The position numbers and the translations under genes are program-made. Source: Fimicolochytrium jonesii (taxonomy: Eukaryota). Taken from it: DNA of 64,000 nt. Below, one piece after another: positions 1 to 14,339 of the stretch (positions are counted from its first letter, which is position 1; each line of letters starts with the position of its first letter). The notes under the pieces are model-generated. The model ran no database searches. It was not told where the DNA came from and saw nothing but the letters and a program-made list of their open reading frames with translations. Where the stretch lies: NCBI RefSeq assembly GCF_025526975.1, contig NW_026515673.1:310001-374000 (forward strand). The letters run 5' to 3'.

Positions 1-226
1 CACCTGATGGCACCTGCTCAATCTGCTCTACGAGGACTCAACAGCCGTAGATATCCAAGCGGAAGACTGGACGCATGAGACAGACTAGAGGAGGTTCCTG
101 CATCTCCACGTATAGTTTCCCCTGATGATTGTCTGAGACATGTCGCCTTGCATTTTGCTTCTTACGCCGTTTGCCTCCCGGTTACTATGCTCCAATTGGC
201 AACCCGTCAAGCGCCCATCCAAAGCC

Positions 227-1006
227 CTAAGGACTTCTAAACGCCGCCTTCCGATAATACCAAAGCTCCTCAATACTCTCCCTAATATCATCCAACGCTC
301 TGTTTTCACAGATCAGTCCCAACTCCAAAAACACCCCACCCGCAATCTCACAACTCACCGATGCTTCAACCCCTTTGGCGGCACCCCATCCGCCACCCCC
401 GGCATCCACCTCCTCACAAGCTCCTTCACAGTACTCACGTCCACAATCCGATAATGCAACCACTCCACCAACTGTGGACACTCCTTGCACAGAAACATCC
501 TGTCCACGTGGACCGAGTTGCCTGCGAGCACCCCCTCACCCTTCGTTGGTATCCATTTCTTGATGAAGGCGAGTGTCTGGCGCTCCGCGTCGGTGATGCT
601 GAGTGTGGAGGCGAGAACGGCGGATGTGAGACCGGAATCCCGGTGATGGGTCGTGCACCAGTCGTCCATGGCGGACATGACGGCGCGCGGTTGGTGGATT
701 ATGAGGGAGGGCATTTCGGCGATGATGTGGAGGTGGGCGTCGGTTATGATTGTGGCGATTTCGATGATGTGGTCTTTTGTCGTGTTGAGGCCTGTCATCT
801 GGGGGGTGGGTGAGGGAGCGTCATCTTGTGATGGGCGGGGGGGTTTTGCGCACCTCAAGGTCGATCCAGACTAGGGGGCCTTCGATTGGGTTTCCGGGTA
901 GGTGCGCCATTTTGCGGGAAGGTATTGAGATGGTGGGAAGGGGTCTGAGTAGTAGTTGTCTTGCAGCTGCTGGTAGTGGTCTTGCAGGCCTTCGGAATAA
1001 CAGCAT
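227..1006 (-). CDS. REX2: Oligoribonuclease (DEDDh exonuclease), 3 exons (~1006-854, 798-359, 299-227), with likely mitochondrial presequence
   Basis: Spliced motifs LVWIDLE-MTGL, IIEIATIITD, LAGNSVHVDRMFL, HYRIVDVSTVKEL and HRALDDIRESIEEL. GT-AG introns preserve frame. A second in-frame ATG lies at 910. Confidence 0.95.
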
Positions 1007-1246
1007 TTAGTCGGAAGGTTTCTGACAAGGGAGAGAAAGCAGCGACGGAAGAGATGCCACGCCGAAAGACTCGTGTTTATGGTACATGGTACAAAAAAAC
1101 AACATCTACGGCAACACCACAGCCATCTGTTCCTTCGTGAGATCAAACTCTTCAAGATTGGCTTCCTGCATCAAATTGTACAGAGTCCCTTCCAGGACGC
1201 TAGCAACCAGATTCTGGAACTCAGACTCCCTTCAAAGGTCCAAACG

Positions 1247-4200
1247 TCAGTACGTCGTCCCATAATAAAAGTAAAGCGAGAAAAGAACCAACGATATAAC
1301 CCACCTCAGAACCCCGTCTATCCTCTCCGCGACCCTCGACGTCCTCTCCAGCGACTCCTCCTCACTACTCCCACTGTCCACGGGCCTCTGCAGCTCGATC
1401 CCGTTGATCTTCCTTCCCGTGACCATCTGCGCATAGTACGGCGGCGGGTCCTGGCGGAGTTCGCCGGGCAGGTTTTGGATGGTGGGGTCTTGGAAGACGT
1501 CGTCGAGGATGGAGGAGAGGGCGGCGTGGATTGTGGCGCGGGCGGTTGGGGATGTGAATACCTGGGGCATTCATGGCAGGGATGAGTCGGAGTGCTTATG
1601 ACGCCAGAAGGTCTGAACCGCAGGCTGAGATACATACCGGACTCTGCACATCAGCGATGAGCCTCTCGCTCCGTCGGTTGTAGAAGAATCCCTCGTACCC
1701 GCTGTACAGCGCGCGACACTCTTCGACGGGATGTGAGCGGCCGACAATGGCTAGGAAGAGGAGCGAGGGTTCGGGGGGTGGTGGGAGGCCTAGCAGGCCG
1801 ATGTCGCTGCCGACTGCGAGGAAGGATAAGATTAGAGGTCACGATTTAGGATGGAGTTTACATAGTGGGGTCATGCGTAGCGACATCTACCTGAGAGAGC
1901 TGAAGACGGTCTCCTTCCACCCTGCCCAGCCGCCGTCGCCGCCTCCACCTTCGTCCCCGACGCCACAGGCGGCGGCGAAATCGGCGGCAAAGTCCTATAC
2001 TTCATCTTCGTCAAATCATGCAAACTCCCTCCACTCCCCACCGCAACCGAGTCCCTCCTCAACAACGGCTCCACAACACTCAACGGCCGCCCTTCCCGTC
2101 GGGCGGTCTCAATGGTATCCCGTGCGGTGTTGTATTCGTGGAGGGCGGTCTCGTCCATGATCTCGCAGACGACGTCAACGAGGAACATTTCGGGGAAGAA
2201 GGAGGGGGTTAGGGAGACTTTGCAGACTTGGGTTTCGGAGGGGTGGAGGATGCCGGATTGGGGTGTGAAGGACAGAACTGAGAGGAAAGAGAAGCCAGCC
2301 ATTAGCAATGCGCGGGTTGAGAGACCTCCATGATTTGAACTTAGAGGTTTACCCCCGGTCACCGTCTCAGGTACGATCCACTTGAACGACACTTCGGACG
2401 ATTCATGCAGATTGGTCACGACGACGATATTCCGAACCGTCGCTCCAGTTGGCATATGTCCGAAATTGATGCGCTCCTTCGAGAGTTTCGCCAGCTGTTC
2501 TGGCATCTCAAGCAGCTGAATGGGCGGGATGATATCCCCGTACTCCTGCGGATCCGTTCGGTCCTCTGGATCTTCAACGGTCGGGAAATCGACCCCGCGC
2601 CCGCGAAACGTGATGATCTGCGTCTGACCGTCCGTCACAGTGATGGGAATATCGACCTCGTACTCCTTTGCTTCGATCGGGCGGAACACCCAATCGAACG
2701 ACTCGGACTCGCCAGGCGCGATGTATCCCGATGTTCTGCGGCATTCGAAGATGTCTACGTTGTGGTTTTCCCGTTTGATCTGCTCCAGCGGCGTCAGGTC
2801 CAAAGTGTATTCGACCGACACGAGGCCGCGGTTGACGATATGGTATTTCTGCACCGGTGGATCTAGCACGCCCACCTCGACCGGATGGAACTCGTGGACG
2901 GTTTCATGGAAATGGAGGCATTTGGCGTCTGGGTTCGCTGTATACCCCAGGAAGTTGATAACAACCTCCTTACTAGACTGCGTTGTCCCGTTCCGCAGCT
3001 TGAATACGACGGGGATCTTATGGTGCCCCGGATGTTCATGGCTGTACGTTACGGTCACATGCACGCTCTCCTGCGGGTCCAGCCACCCGTTCTTCGGCTG
3101 AATCGAAAACAGCTCATTGTCCATGATGAAGTTATAATGCAGCTGCTCCTCGCTGTAGTCTCCCGGATCAGCCCACTGCTCCACCTCAATCTGTAGGTCG
3201 TTAGGGAAATAATACACCCATTCGACGGGGACCACGCCCGAGTTGTGCAGATTGACGTGGTAAACCGTCTCTTTGCTTCGCAGGGGTGCCGCGCCGAAAT
3301 CGAAGTCGACCGAGGGGCCTTGGATGTTGGCGCTGGAGCTGTACCTGTACGCTGGCTGCTGGTCGGTTGGGAAGGATGACTCGTTGATGGGAGTGACGGT
3401 TGGCGAGGGGTCGACGCTTGCCATTACGTTGTTGAACTTTTCGAGGGAGAAGAGTTCCCAGAGGTACGATTTTGAGTAGCCTTCGCATCGGATGTCGGTT
3501 ACCTGGACAAGTGGGTGGACCCCCAATGCGGTGATGTCGAATAGATGTTGTCGTTCCGATAACCCATCGTTGTGCTGTGATGGGACCAATCCTTGCCGTG
3601 AATCAAGGCTCTGCAGCTTGAGTCTGTAGTAAACAGTAAACTCATGTTTTTGCTGCTCGCGCAAGCAAAGCTTCACCCGCAATGCCTGATGTGATCGCGC
3701 AGGAAGGATCGGGTACAGCTGCTTGATCTCGATGCCGCATTCCTCGAAGGGGCCGGACACAGTGTGCTCTAAGCTTTCCGCAGCATCGCCGCGTCTGCTA
3801 AGATCGTCTTTGGAGCGTCTGCTGAGATTGTCCTTGGAGCGGTTTTCGGATCGCTGCTGGGGTTTCCGTGTTTTGCGTGTAATCTCCAATTCGTATAGTG
3901 CATCGCATGCAGTGGGGTTGGATAAGAGGACATCTCGCTCGATGATGGAGTTCACTAGCACGGCGCCGAGATCCAACACGTCTGGGCTCGCTTCCATGCT
4001 TCCGTTGATCCCTTGGCCGATGACAGTCAACGTCGATCGTCGCTTAGTCATATCCTGCGGTCTGCCGTCGGATGATTCTGCAAGCGCATAACCAAACGAG
4101 AGTGAGCTCATATAAAGGCTTGTTCGAGGCCGCGAGTGCTTACCATCAGGTTCATGGCAGAAATAGCACGGCAGCTTCATCACCCAGTTCCTCACAGCAT

Positions 4201-7200
4201 TCGGCGCGAAGCTGCATTCGAACTCCATGGACTCATTGGGCAGAAGGGTACCGCTAACAGGCTGAACCGCTACAAGGTTTCCATATTGGTGTGGTATGTG
4301 CCACTAGAATACGAAAGCTTAGACTCTGATGGTCGTCGATTGCGAAATCTCAGAACGTGCCCCTACCTCGAACTTGACGGAGATTTTGGAAGTATTCCGT
4401 GCCACGAACCCTCTTCTCGCTATCGCGCCTACGCACGTCGGCTTGAAGCAAACTGCGTTATCTGATCCAAACGTCAGATGTGGGAAGTACCCGACTCCCT
4501 TGACGTGTATGTCCTTGTAGCCGCACGAAAGAAGTCAGTTCACGGATATCACACCATCAATCGATCACGCTGGCCAGCGTACCTACATATGTATTTGCCG
4601 CTGACGAGTTGAACGCGCATTTGAGGGCCTGCTCAAAAATGCGCTGTTCGCTTGGCGAGAACCTGAACACCAGCAGGCGGGACTCGCCTTTATGCAGGAT
4701 GCCAGCACGCGGCTTCACGGTGAACGCGGCTCCTCCCATGCTGGCCAAAGGCGTGCCTCCTCCTATCCCTCTCAAACTACCGTCGATTACTGCATAGTGA
4801 GCAGGGGTGTCGCCGTCGTTTGTGACGCGAATGGTGCGGTACATGGATTTGTCAACGTGGCATGGCGGAAAATCCAGTGGCATGGCACCAAAATTTATCT
4901 TCGGTATGAATGAATCCGTTCCAGGCATGAAAGTGTTGCTAGATGTGTTTACTGATGAGCAATGTGATTTGGCAGTAGTAAATGTTGCGCACTTGACTTA
5001 CCCAGTAACCAGAGGCGTTACACACCAAGGCGGCGTAAACGTATCCTCATTTACAAGCCTGAAGTTGCGCATGCTTTTGAAGTACACAAAGCATTCCAAA
5101 TGAGCTCCAAAGATCGAATTGTCGATTTTCGGCCGGAAGTTGATTCGGAACTCTGCCGTGCTTCGAGGTAAGATATCCGTAATCGTTGGCGTGACGCTGA
5201 ACACCGAGTCCTGGCCGCTAGTTTCTCCCGGCATGATCCATACGCACGACATTTTGCCTGACGTGTTATTCGAGATCCGAATGGTCCGACTGTCGATGAC
5301 CTTGTATCGAGAGCAAGATCCAAACTCGACGTGCGTATCAACGAGTGTCACCGGCTCGCAGTCAGTAGTACCCTCGTAAAAGTAGTCGCTGGCCACAGTA
5401 CAATCCGGATAAGTGGAATCGCTGATGTGATTCGAGCGGTTTGCTTCCGCTTGTGCCGGGTCACTCCATTGCAAAGGACCACCATTGCAAGTGATGATAC
5501 CGTTCTTCATCATCTCTTCCAACTGCTCTGGTCCATAATTCCATAGCCCGTTCTTCCTCCTGCTCTCATAGTTCTCGACGTGCTTGTACAAGAACGTCGC
5601 TGGTCGACGCTTGTCATTATAGCATGTGGCCAGGATGTCCAGCACCAGTCCATCATGATGCTCCACTAGACAATACACCCGTCGATAATAGTTGATCGGT
5701 TCTGATGCCGAGAACTTGATCGTAAGCGCTACAGAGGAATGGGGATTGATCGTTCCATATGGCTTGTCTATGCGAAAGATGCTGTTCGGCTCGACGAGAA
5801 ACTGCATACCAAATGTGAGAACACCATAAACGAGAGCTGCCTGAGCGGTAGCATCGTACCTGGTAGAATGCGGATGTTCCCGAATCGTTTGCCAAATGCA
5901 GCGCGCGAGTCACTGTCGTCCCGGCCGGCACATCATTGAAATTGACCACCTCGGTACTCAAAGTCACTTTCGGCCCGATCCCTCGTCCCGTACATGTGAT
6001 TCTAATCGTATTGCCCGAAAGTGTCTTGATATCGAAGTAATCGGTAGATCGCATCGAGGCAGCTGCTGGCGTGAAACTTATCTGAAGAGTTTGTTAGAAA
6101 TCCTCGCCAGGGTACAATAGTCGAGAGTGGCATACCGTTACGGGGAAGCTCTTATGAGGCGGAATCGTGCCGCTCAGAGTCGAAAAGTCGAAATATGGAT
6201 CCGCATCGTCCTCAGGCTGCTTTATTCGGAAGTTCGCTGCCACCTAGTCGACAAGCCCCGGTTTAGAATCGGATCGACGATTCCACCTCGCTACCCCAGA
6301 ATGCCCTACCGCAGAGTAGTTCCATATCACAAACCTCCTTTCCACAGTCTTCCCAACAAACACCTCGCCGAAATCAAACGTGTGTTGTCCGCCCTCGATC
6401 GCCAGAAACGAGTATTTCCCGATCCCATGTATCCCCATCGCCTTTGCTGTTTTGGACGACTCCCAGTGCCGCCTATCTCCAAACGTACAGACAGCTGTAG
6501 CATTGAACACAGATGCATCTTCCGGCTTGAAATCTATTGTCACCGAAATCTCCGCATTGGGCGCCATCGTCCCGCTTCGGGGCGATATCGCAAATGGTCT
6601 TGGGATGCTCCACTCGAAATCACTTCCAAGTTCTCCCGTGTTCGTCAGTAAGAACGTCTTCTTTGCAGTCTCGCGGATTGGACAGAGGGAGAAGTCCGTG
6701 GTACTTGGGAAGTCAAGAACATGTTCCGGTAATGTCGCTTTTACGGGAACATAGAACTTGCCGAACGAGGTCGCGAATTCCAGGACATCGTGGTAGTTCT
6801 CCTATACAGGAGCGTTGGTATGGGGGCAGGGATGGAGGCTATGCGACTTCAGCCTACATACCTTGGCCACAGGACGGAATGTAATTGGAATCGTCCAGCT
6901 CATCCCCGCACTCAAGGTCATAGTCTCCGGGAACTCCATCGAGAAATAGCGCGTTTGCGGGAGCTTGTACTTTATCTTCTGCGTCTTCATTACTACGTTC
7001 TTCACGACCAGCTGCTTGATATGCTCGCCTCCAGGCTCCCTGTTTGAAGGGAAGTCACGGTCAGCGTCGTCTTCGTCCATGCTCAGTTTCACAGAGGGCC
7101 AGCATAACCCACCAATGGGTAAAATGCACCATTTCAGCGCAATCTATTCCAAACTGCAGCCGCCGGTCTTGACGATTCGGTGTTGTAATTATATCCGTGT

Positions 7201-7345
7201 CTTTCGCTTTCCCTTGCTGCCTTGGCAGCGGTGGGACGGCAGGCATGCTAGGTAGCGGCGAGTGGCCATCCTTCAGGTTCGCAAAATCGACGATCGACTT
7301 TTGAGGCGGGCCAACCTCAACGTCTGGACCCCCGGATGATATCAT
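1247..7345 (-). CDS. CFAP65: Cilia- and flagella-associated protein 65 (CCDC108), multi-exon, many ASH/MSP Ig-like domains
   Basis: N-terminus FGIDCAEMVHFTHW-EPGGEHIKQLVVKNV..KIKYKLPQTRYFS..LSAGMS..ITFRP; NYYRRVYCLV; LECFVYFKSMRNFRLV..PPWC; repeated FxVxPxxG Ig-fold motifs. The 3' ORF 1247-1570 (DPPPYYAQ) is inferred to be the last exon. Confidence 0.85.
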
Positions 7346-7622
7346 TGTATCTGTAGGACTTTCGTATGGTTATATTGGATTTTCTCGCGCTCTGAGCAGT
7401 ATCGTCACTTGATGGGCTCCTCGGGACACGAAAGTCGAGGCTTTCCGGGGAAAAAAATCCCGACACCGGTTTACCTGATATTGTCGGACGCGAAATAAAG
7501 CGCAGTTACGACAGCGCGTAACCACGCGTTCCTCCTGATTTTGACAGCTTTCCATACGACGAGCAATTCTCGGACGGATTTTCGACTTGTAAAGCTAATA
7601 CTATGCCAGTATATAACTATTT

Positions 7623-9381
7623 CTAACGGTGCGTGTTAACAAATCCCTGGTTCCATTTCAGGGTATGATTGATATCCCGCACCCAGTCACGACCATTGAC
7701 AGTTCGGGCGATCGTATACAAGGGGTAGTCCGACATTTTGATCTGATGTCTACGATCAGGATAATGGCAATCTGGGCCATGATTTTGAGAGCTCTCGAAT
7801 GCGAATGCTTACCTCCACGTGCTCTGCAATTCCAAGAAGATAGACATCCCTCCCATCAACGCTCACCTCCGCAGTAGCCCGGCTATTCTTAGAAAGCTAC
7901 GAATGGAATGAGTACTCAGATTGCGACTGAAGGCGAAACAGAACGCCTCACATACTCGTAGATTTACCCTAACATCGGGAGGTAACAGCGCTGGTCGGAA
8001 GGACAGCGATCGCGGACAAATGGGTGTCAATAGAATGCTTTGCACTGAGGGGTGCACGAGTGAACCTCCAGCAGATAGACTATACGCCGTGGAACCCGTT
8101 GGGGTTGACACAATCAGGCTGAAGGGGAGGCACGTCAAAGGAAGTTCTGCCCGTACGCTGGCAAGCGACACGCGTACTTACCCATCGGCGATGGCGCCCG
8201 TCAGGAACTCGCCGTCGACTGAACATTCGGTCGTGATCATGTGCGGATATCGACCCCGATGAAGTACGATGTCGTTCAGAGCTTGAAACTCTAATGTTTT
8301 TGAGCGGGCAGATCAATCATCAGCAGGATTAAACTCTGGTTTCCAATGCGTTGCGGAACTGACCCAACTCCCTCCCTTCGATCTGCGCAATTGTTCCATC
8401 ATCCCGCCGGATCACGCAGTCCAATCGCATTCTCTGCAGAAGCGGCACGGACCCCTCAATGACCTGTTTCAATGCCTCCGCAAAGTTGACGAACCCTATG
8501 ATGACAAACTATCAGATCACTCCTGAATGCGCCCACATTCGTGAGTTTGGCTCTAACCGAAAGGTAATAGGAACCCCAATGTTCCCAACGAGAATGGGAT
8601 TATTGGCGGTGCACGCTTTGGAAACAGCTGCGACGTATGTAGAACTGTTCCGTCACCGCCCTGCATGAGCGTGTTAGGGTCGTTCCAGTCGACTGTGTGG
8701 AAGCCTGGAAGGTCCTACCAGCGTTATGACGAAGTCGATGACACCTGAAAGATCCTCCTTCGGCCGCATCACACACAGATCCATCATATGCGGCACTTCA
8801 TCAGCCACACTTTGCTCCACAACGATGTTCACGTCTGGGTACTGTTTGCGGAGCCAACTTGAGGTTGATAAGGCGATATAGTCCTGCCCTTCGCTGTACT
8901 GCACCGTAGCTTACCTTGTAACTTCCAGGAAAGCACTTCTCGTCCGATCGTCTTTCGGCTTTCTCACTATCAGAATATTTCGAGGCTGGCGAGACCAGTT
9001 TAGGGTCTTTGGTCTGAATACATAAGCGGGAGTTATATGCTGGCCTTGCTGAAGGACCGCTTTCAGTTCCTTAACGACGCGGCATACCCTTTCGCGGTAC
9101 TTTGTGCCGCGTGTAAAGACTTAGAGAAGTTCTCCTGAAGGTCCAGGCCTGCCGTGAAACATATGCGCTTCTGTCTCAGTGACTCTTTGTAGGGTCGGCA
9201 TACAATGTATGTAATAGTCTGCTGCCTCCGCACCTTGAACGGGCACCTTCCCAGGTAATTCGCTTGCTGATCGGGTCGAGGACCATCGCGATTTGGACGC
9301 GGCCGAGGTCCGGGCGACATGTGGCGGTCGCCCAACCTTCTTGCAGTGTATGCCTACAAAGGTCCTGCTCCAAGAGAGCAT
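7623..9381 (-). CDS. ATP-NAD(H) kinase, probably mitochondrial (POS5-like), multi-exon
   Basis: [42 protein letters not shown] and [13 protein letters not shown] motifs, plus a basic N-terminal presequence. Confidence 0.88.
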
Positions 9382-9583
9382 TGGAAAGTCGGTTGGGGCC
9401 TTCAAATTGCGTCCTCTTCCAACGAGCAGGAAGCGCTTTCGTGGCTTGCGAGGACTTCCAAACTTCGTCAGGCCTCTCACGCGTTTCCCTCAACAACTTC
9501 CGCTCTGGCGCTTTGCTCGAAACTCACATCCCACGTTGTCCTCCTATACAAACACAAACCTCTCTTCGCCATCATACAGCCCA

Positions 9584-10514
9584 ATGAGTTTCATAACCGT
9601 CAAATATGGAGGTAAAAGCATCTGTCCAATGCCCTCACCCTCATCCCTCCTTCCATTATCTCAACATCGGACCGGTTCCTCTCTCCAAACCAGCCAACGA
9701 AGAACGACTCGCAAACCCCAACGTCCTCTCCTCCGTCCTCCTAAACCACCTAAAAACAGCATGCGGGTTCGGCGACATGCCCGAGAACGTCGACCTGGCA
9801 TCCGAGACGGGCGAGGTCATTGATCTGATCAATAAGCAGAAGGATTATGCGAAGCGATATGTGGATGCTAGGGGGTCTTATATTTTGGTTAAGGTTTTGG
9901 GGGGTGAGTTGGGTTGATGTGTGGGTTGGCATTGGAGAGAAATAGTTAATCACAAATGTTGTAGATGACGGTGATGATTCGACCGCAACATATTCCAGTC
10001 TGCTTGACCAGGTCGGCACCGAGAAGCTCAAGTTCTCAGGTACGATGTCATGTCCGTCACCGTGTCATCTTCAATTTTTCTCACACTCTTCAATCGAACA
10101 GTAGTCCGCGCGAAGAACAAAGGCAAAGGTGGCCGCGCAGATGGCACTTCGCGCCGCGGAGGCAACAACGACGACGACACACCCGCATCCAACGCGTCAG
10201 TAGCAGGCAGTTCCGGGCTTTCAACTTCCAATTCCAAAGATGGCGCTGGCGGCGGTGGAGCTTCCAATCGGAGAGGTGGCGGCGGGGCTGGTGCAGCGGG
10301 TGCGGGTGGTGCGGGTGGGACGGGTGGGTCGAAGGGTAGCAAAAACGCTGGCTCGGCATTATCGAGCACGACGAGCCTGTATGAGGCTCCGAACACCTCG
10401 GGAGCGGGCGGGACGGGTGCATCGAGGAGGCCGGTTAAGGAAAAGAGTCTGACGAACGCGGCGACAGCAAGTTTAGGTGGAGGTGCGGGTGGTGCGAAGG
10501 GGAAGAAGAAGTGA
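9584..10514 (+). CDS. CXorf65/C22orf15-like protein with Gly/Ser-rich basic tail, multi-exon
   Basis: Spliced MSFITVKYG-ANEERLANPNVLSSVLLNHLK..VDLASETGEV..YAKRYVDARGSYILVKV resembles the CXorf65/C22orf15 family N-terminus as recalled. Confidence 0.7.
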
Positions 10515-10977
10515 AGGTTTGAAGAATGAATGTGTGGATGTATGTTCATATGTGAGGTGATGCGCTATCGCCATTGGTGTCCGACTCGCAAGTTAAGTGG
10601 ACTACACACCATTTGGTGACAGCAATTGACATTCTATTATGTATAAAATCTTGAAAATTGAATGCATCCTGTATGCTCCGACTCTCTCTGCTTTCCGAAG
10701 GATCATACTTGTTCAAAACACGGACCGGAAGCCGGAAACGTACCGACTGCTTCGTGGCCAGGCATAGCGCTACGCTCCCGCCTCCTAGTTTGACGAGGTT
10801 CATGCGCAGGTTGTCCGAATGGTAACAGTCAGACGTGCCTGCCATGATTGGGCGGTCTGGGCTTATGTACCGCAACTGCCCAGCGTCCCTTGCGGATTTT
10901 ACGCCCTACAATTCCTCTTCGACACGAGTGAACACCATTCATTATGGGGACCCTGCCAATGCCCTGCCAACTCCGCC

Positions 10978-11704
10978 TCACAGCGAAAAGTATTCAGCGG
11001 TGAATGCATACACGTCCTCCGGCTTCCTTATTTCCAGAAGACGAGCAAGTGCAAAAATATGGGAAGTAGGCGTTAGCGACACATAGGACGCTTACCGTTG
11101 CTCTTCGTGTAATGATGTGACATACCTATGTAGAATCAACTGCAGGTAGTCCGCCATGATGTCGCCCAGTTCCGGGTGACGCAGCATGTACGCTTTCTGC
11201 GCCTCCTTTACTTCTTGCTGATATCCACAAGCGACGAGCAAGTGCAAAAATATGGAAGAAGGTGTCAGGGATACATAGAACGCTCAACGCTACCCTTCCT
11301 ATAATGGTGTGCATACCTTCCGCAAAAGGAACTCTGACCGCTGCTCCATATCATCTTCTTCCTCCTTTGTTTTCGCCAAATTTCCTGCTGCAGCACCGGG
11401 GCCTTGCTGTTCATCGGATATATGCAGTTGGACGCGCGATGATTGTGTGGACGCGGGATGTTCACCTAGTTGATGTGGGCTTCCTTGTGATTGTGTGTCA
11501 AGTTGACTTGCAGATGCTCCATGAAGGGATGGCATCGACGAGGATGGTGCAGATGGTTCTGAGGGATGCTGACGGGAGTTAGGTACTGACGCAATACATG
11601 ATTTTTGCGCAAGGCAGCTTACCAGACACCTCCCGACGGCTATCGTCGTGCAAGCGGGACTGACTCGTATGTGCCGACTGGGAGGGTAATGCACCTGTAC
11701 TCAT
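10978..11704 (-). CDS. Small RIIa dimerisation/docking-domain protein (CATIP C-terminal / RIIAD1-like), 4 exons
   Basis: Removing introns 11218-11316 and 11027-11125 gives EEDDMEQRSEFLLRK-QEVKEAQKAYMLRHPELGDIMADYLQLILH-RKPEDVYAFTAEYFSL*. The ORF track misses this as a single gene. Confidence 0.75.
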
Positions 11705-12018
11705 GTTTATCTAGAAAGCTGGACTCTTGCGTAGCACGGAAAGCGGGTACTCGAATAGGACCTGCCGTCTATGGCGAAGTGTTGTGAAACCGAGGAAAAA
11801 GGAGGAAGCGAGTGGACTCGGTGGACGAGAGTCCGACGCGTTTCTCGCACCGTCATCACCAACTGGCAAAGCAAAACGGCCTGGCTTGTTCCATGTCCAC
11901 TCCCAAAGCGAAGATCAACTGACGCCGTCTGCGAGGTTCACAGCCGAGGTTGACAAGCTCCGTATCACTTCGTTCAACTCCAAGGAAAGTATCCCACAAG
12001 AAAGTCTGGTTGTGCAAC

Positions 12019-14339
12019 ATGTTGGACAGCAGAACGCAAAAATATGACAGGCAATTGCGGTGAGTGAAGCTCAGTCGTAAGGACAAAATAACCCCACTGT
12101 CCCAGGGTTTCCTCTGTGTGAAACGGTTGTTCCCAGCCAGGCTGCCTGCAAATCACTAAAGCCGGTATCACTGTTGGCTTCATAGACTTTGGCAAGCGCA
12201 CGGCCAAGCTGCCCTGGAGAGTTCCAAAATATGTCTTTTGAATGCGACAGCGGTCGGGAGCGAAATTCTCAAGAACCTCATCTTGCCTGGTAAGTACCAA
12301 TACGCCGTGATAAAGCCCAAGGACTCTTCAGTTCAGTGACCCTCCGCCGCCAGCTATCGGATCGTTTACAGTCGTCGATGACAAGCTGGTGACCCAAACC
12401 GACCTCGGGAACAACTTCTTCCTTCTTCCGGAAAGTGTCGGGCAATCACGAGCGCGAGTGGTGACCGACCTCCTAAAAGAGCTCAACGAGGAAGTGCAGG
12501 GGGAAGCCATCGAAGAGGTGAGGCTGGATTGAAGGACGCTCTTTCCAGTGTAGTCACTAACCGATCGCAGAACCCGCAAAACCTAATAGACCAGTCTCGC
12601 CACTTCTTTGAACAATTCACGCTGGTAGTCGCTAGTGAGTTGACCGAGGAGTACACGCTCAAACTTGCCGACCTTTGTTGGGAGTTCAATGTGCCGTTCG
12701 TTACGGTGAAGGTGCATGGGTTCATTGCGTATGCGAGGATTCAGTGCCGTGAACATACAGGTTAGTCGTGTAAGGTAGGGGCGTTTTGAGACATGGACGC
12801 TGAGATCCTGTTGGCAGTGGTCGAATCACATCCGGAGCAAATCGTCGATCTGCGGCTGGACTGCCCATTCGAGAGCCTGCAAGCGTTCGCATCGTCCATC
12901 GACTTTGAACAACTGGATTCCATGGCGTACGGGCACATCCCATATGTCATCATCCTTCTGAGATGCCTGGAAGAATGGAAAGCATCGGTGGGTAATTCAC
13001 TTCACGTCGATACTACAAGACGACCACGTGGGCTCACACATACCAGCATGAAGGGCATCTCCCGCTGAACAGCACCGAAAGAGCGGCATTCAAAGATCTG
13101 ATCCGGAGTAAACAACGCGCGGGTCTCGCGGAAGAGCAGAACTTTGAGGAGGCCCTGGCTGCTGCATATCGTGCATGGGCGCCTACCACGGTAAAAGCCA
13201 TGCCGTGATCTATTGGCGTCCTGACGTCTGTCTGATACGCCAAGCATCTAGATACCATCCTCTATCAGCGCCATCCTGAACGACTCTGCCGCCGATGTCA
13301 TCACGCCGAACGTAAGTCTTTCGGTCCTATATGTCATTCGACCTCAGGACCACTCACATATCATATGTTCCAGACGCCAGACTTTTGGATCATAGCGAGG
13401 GCCGTGCGGGATTTCGTTGCTCACGAGGGTAAAGGCCACCTCCCTCTCGCAGGCACCGTCCCTGACATGCATGCCGACACCGACTCCTATGTCAAACTGC
13501 AAACGATGTAAGCACACCGTCGCATCGGAGAGGGCGATGTAACAGTCGATCTAACAATCTCTCACTCTCACAGATACAAAGCAAAAGCCCGCGAAGACGC
13601 CGCCGCAGTCGCCACCCGCGTCAAATCCCTAGTCGAGCTCTCCAAGCGCTCCAACCCGATCTCCACCCCCGATATCGACCGCTTCTGCAAGAACGCCGCG
13701 CATCTCAGACTTATCCGGTATTCGTCTATACATGAGGAGTATGCGCATACGAGTCCTGGGCTCAAACAGCTGGGTATAGCTAGGAGAAGTAGGTGATGGG
13801 GCAGTGCTGAGTTACTGATGATGGTGATGGGTATTAGGCAACTGGCTGTCAGATCCAGACGACAACATCGTCTGGTATGTCCTCTTCAGGGCCGCGGAAC
13901 GGTTTCGAGCAGTGAACGGACGATATCCAGGTGAACTTTCGACGCCCACTTCAGCAAAAAGTCAAAGATGCAGTATTCTCACCAGTCTTCTGTTGCAGGA
14001 GAGTCAAATAGCGACGTCGAAGCGGATATCGCGGGCCTACGAGAGTCTCTAAACGCCTTTCTAAACCAAAGCGGGCTCGAGACGACGGTTGTAGGCAACG
14101 AGTTCATCGAAGAATTGTACGTACACCTCTCCAACTCCTTCCTATACCGTGGCTAATATTCCAATCCAATCCCCTACAGCACACGCGCAGGAACCTCCTC
14201 TCTCCACTCCATAGCCTCCCTCCACGGCGGCATCGTCGCGCAGGAGATCATCAAGCTGCTCACGCATCAATACGTGCCGCTGGACAACACCGTCATTTTG
14301 AACGGGATAAAGAGCACCACTTCAGTTTACCGATTGTGA
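12019..14339 (+). CDS. NAE1: NEDD8-activating enzyme E1 regulatory subunit (APPBP1/Ula1), multi-exon
   Basis: [75 protein letters not shown] and [23 protein letters not shown] motifs. Confidence 0.93.
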
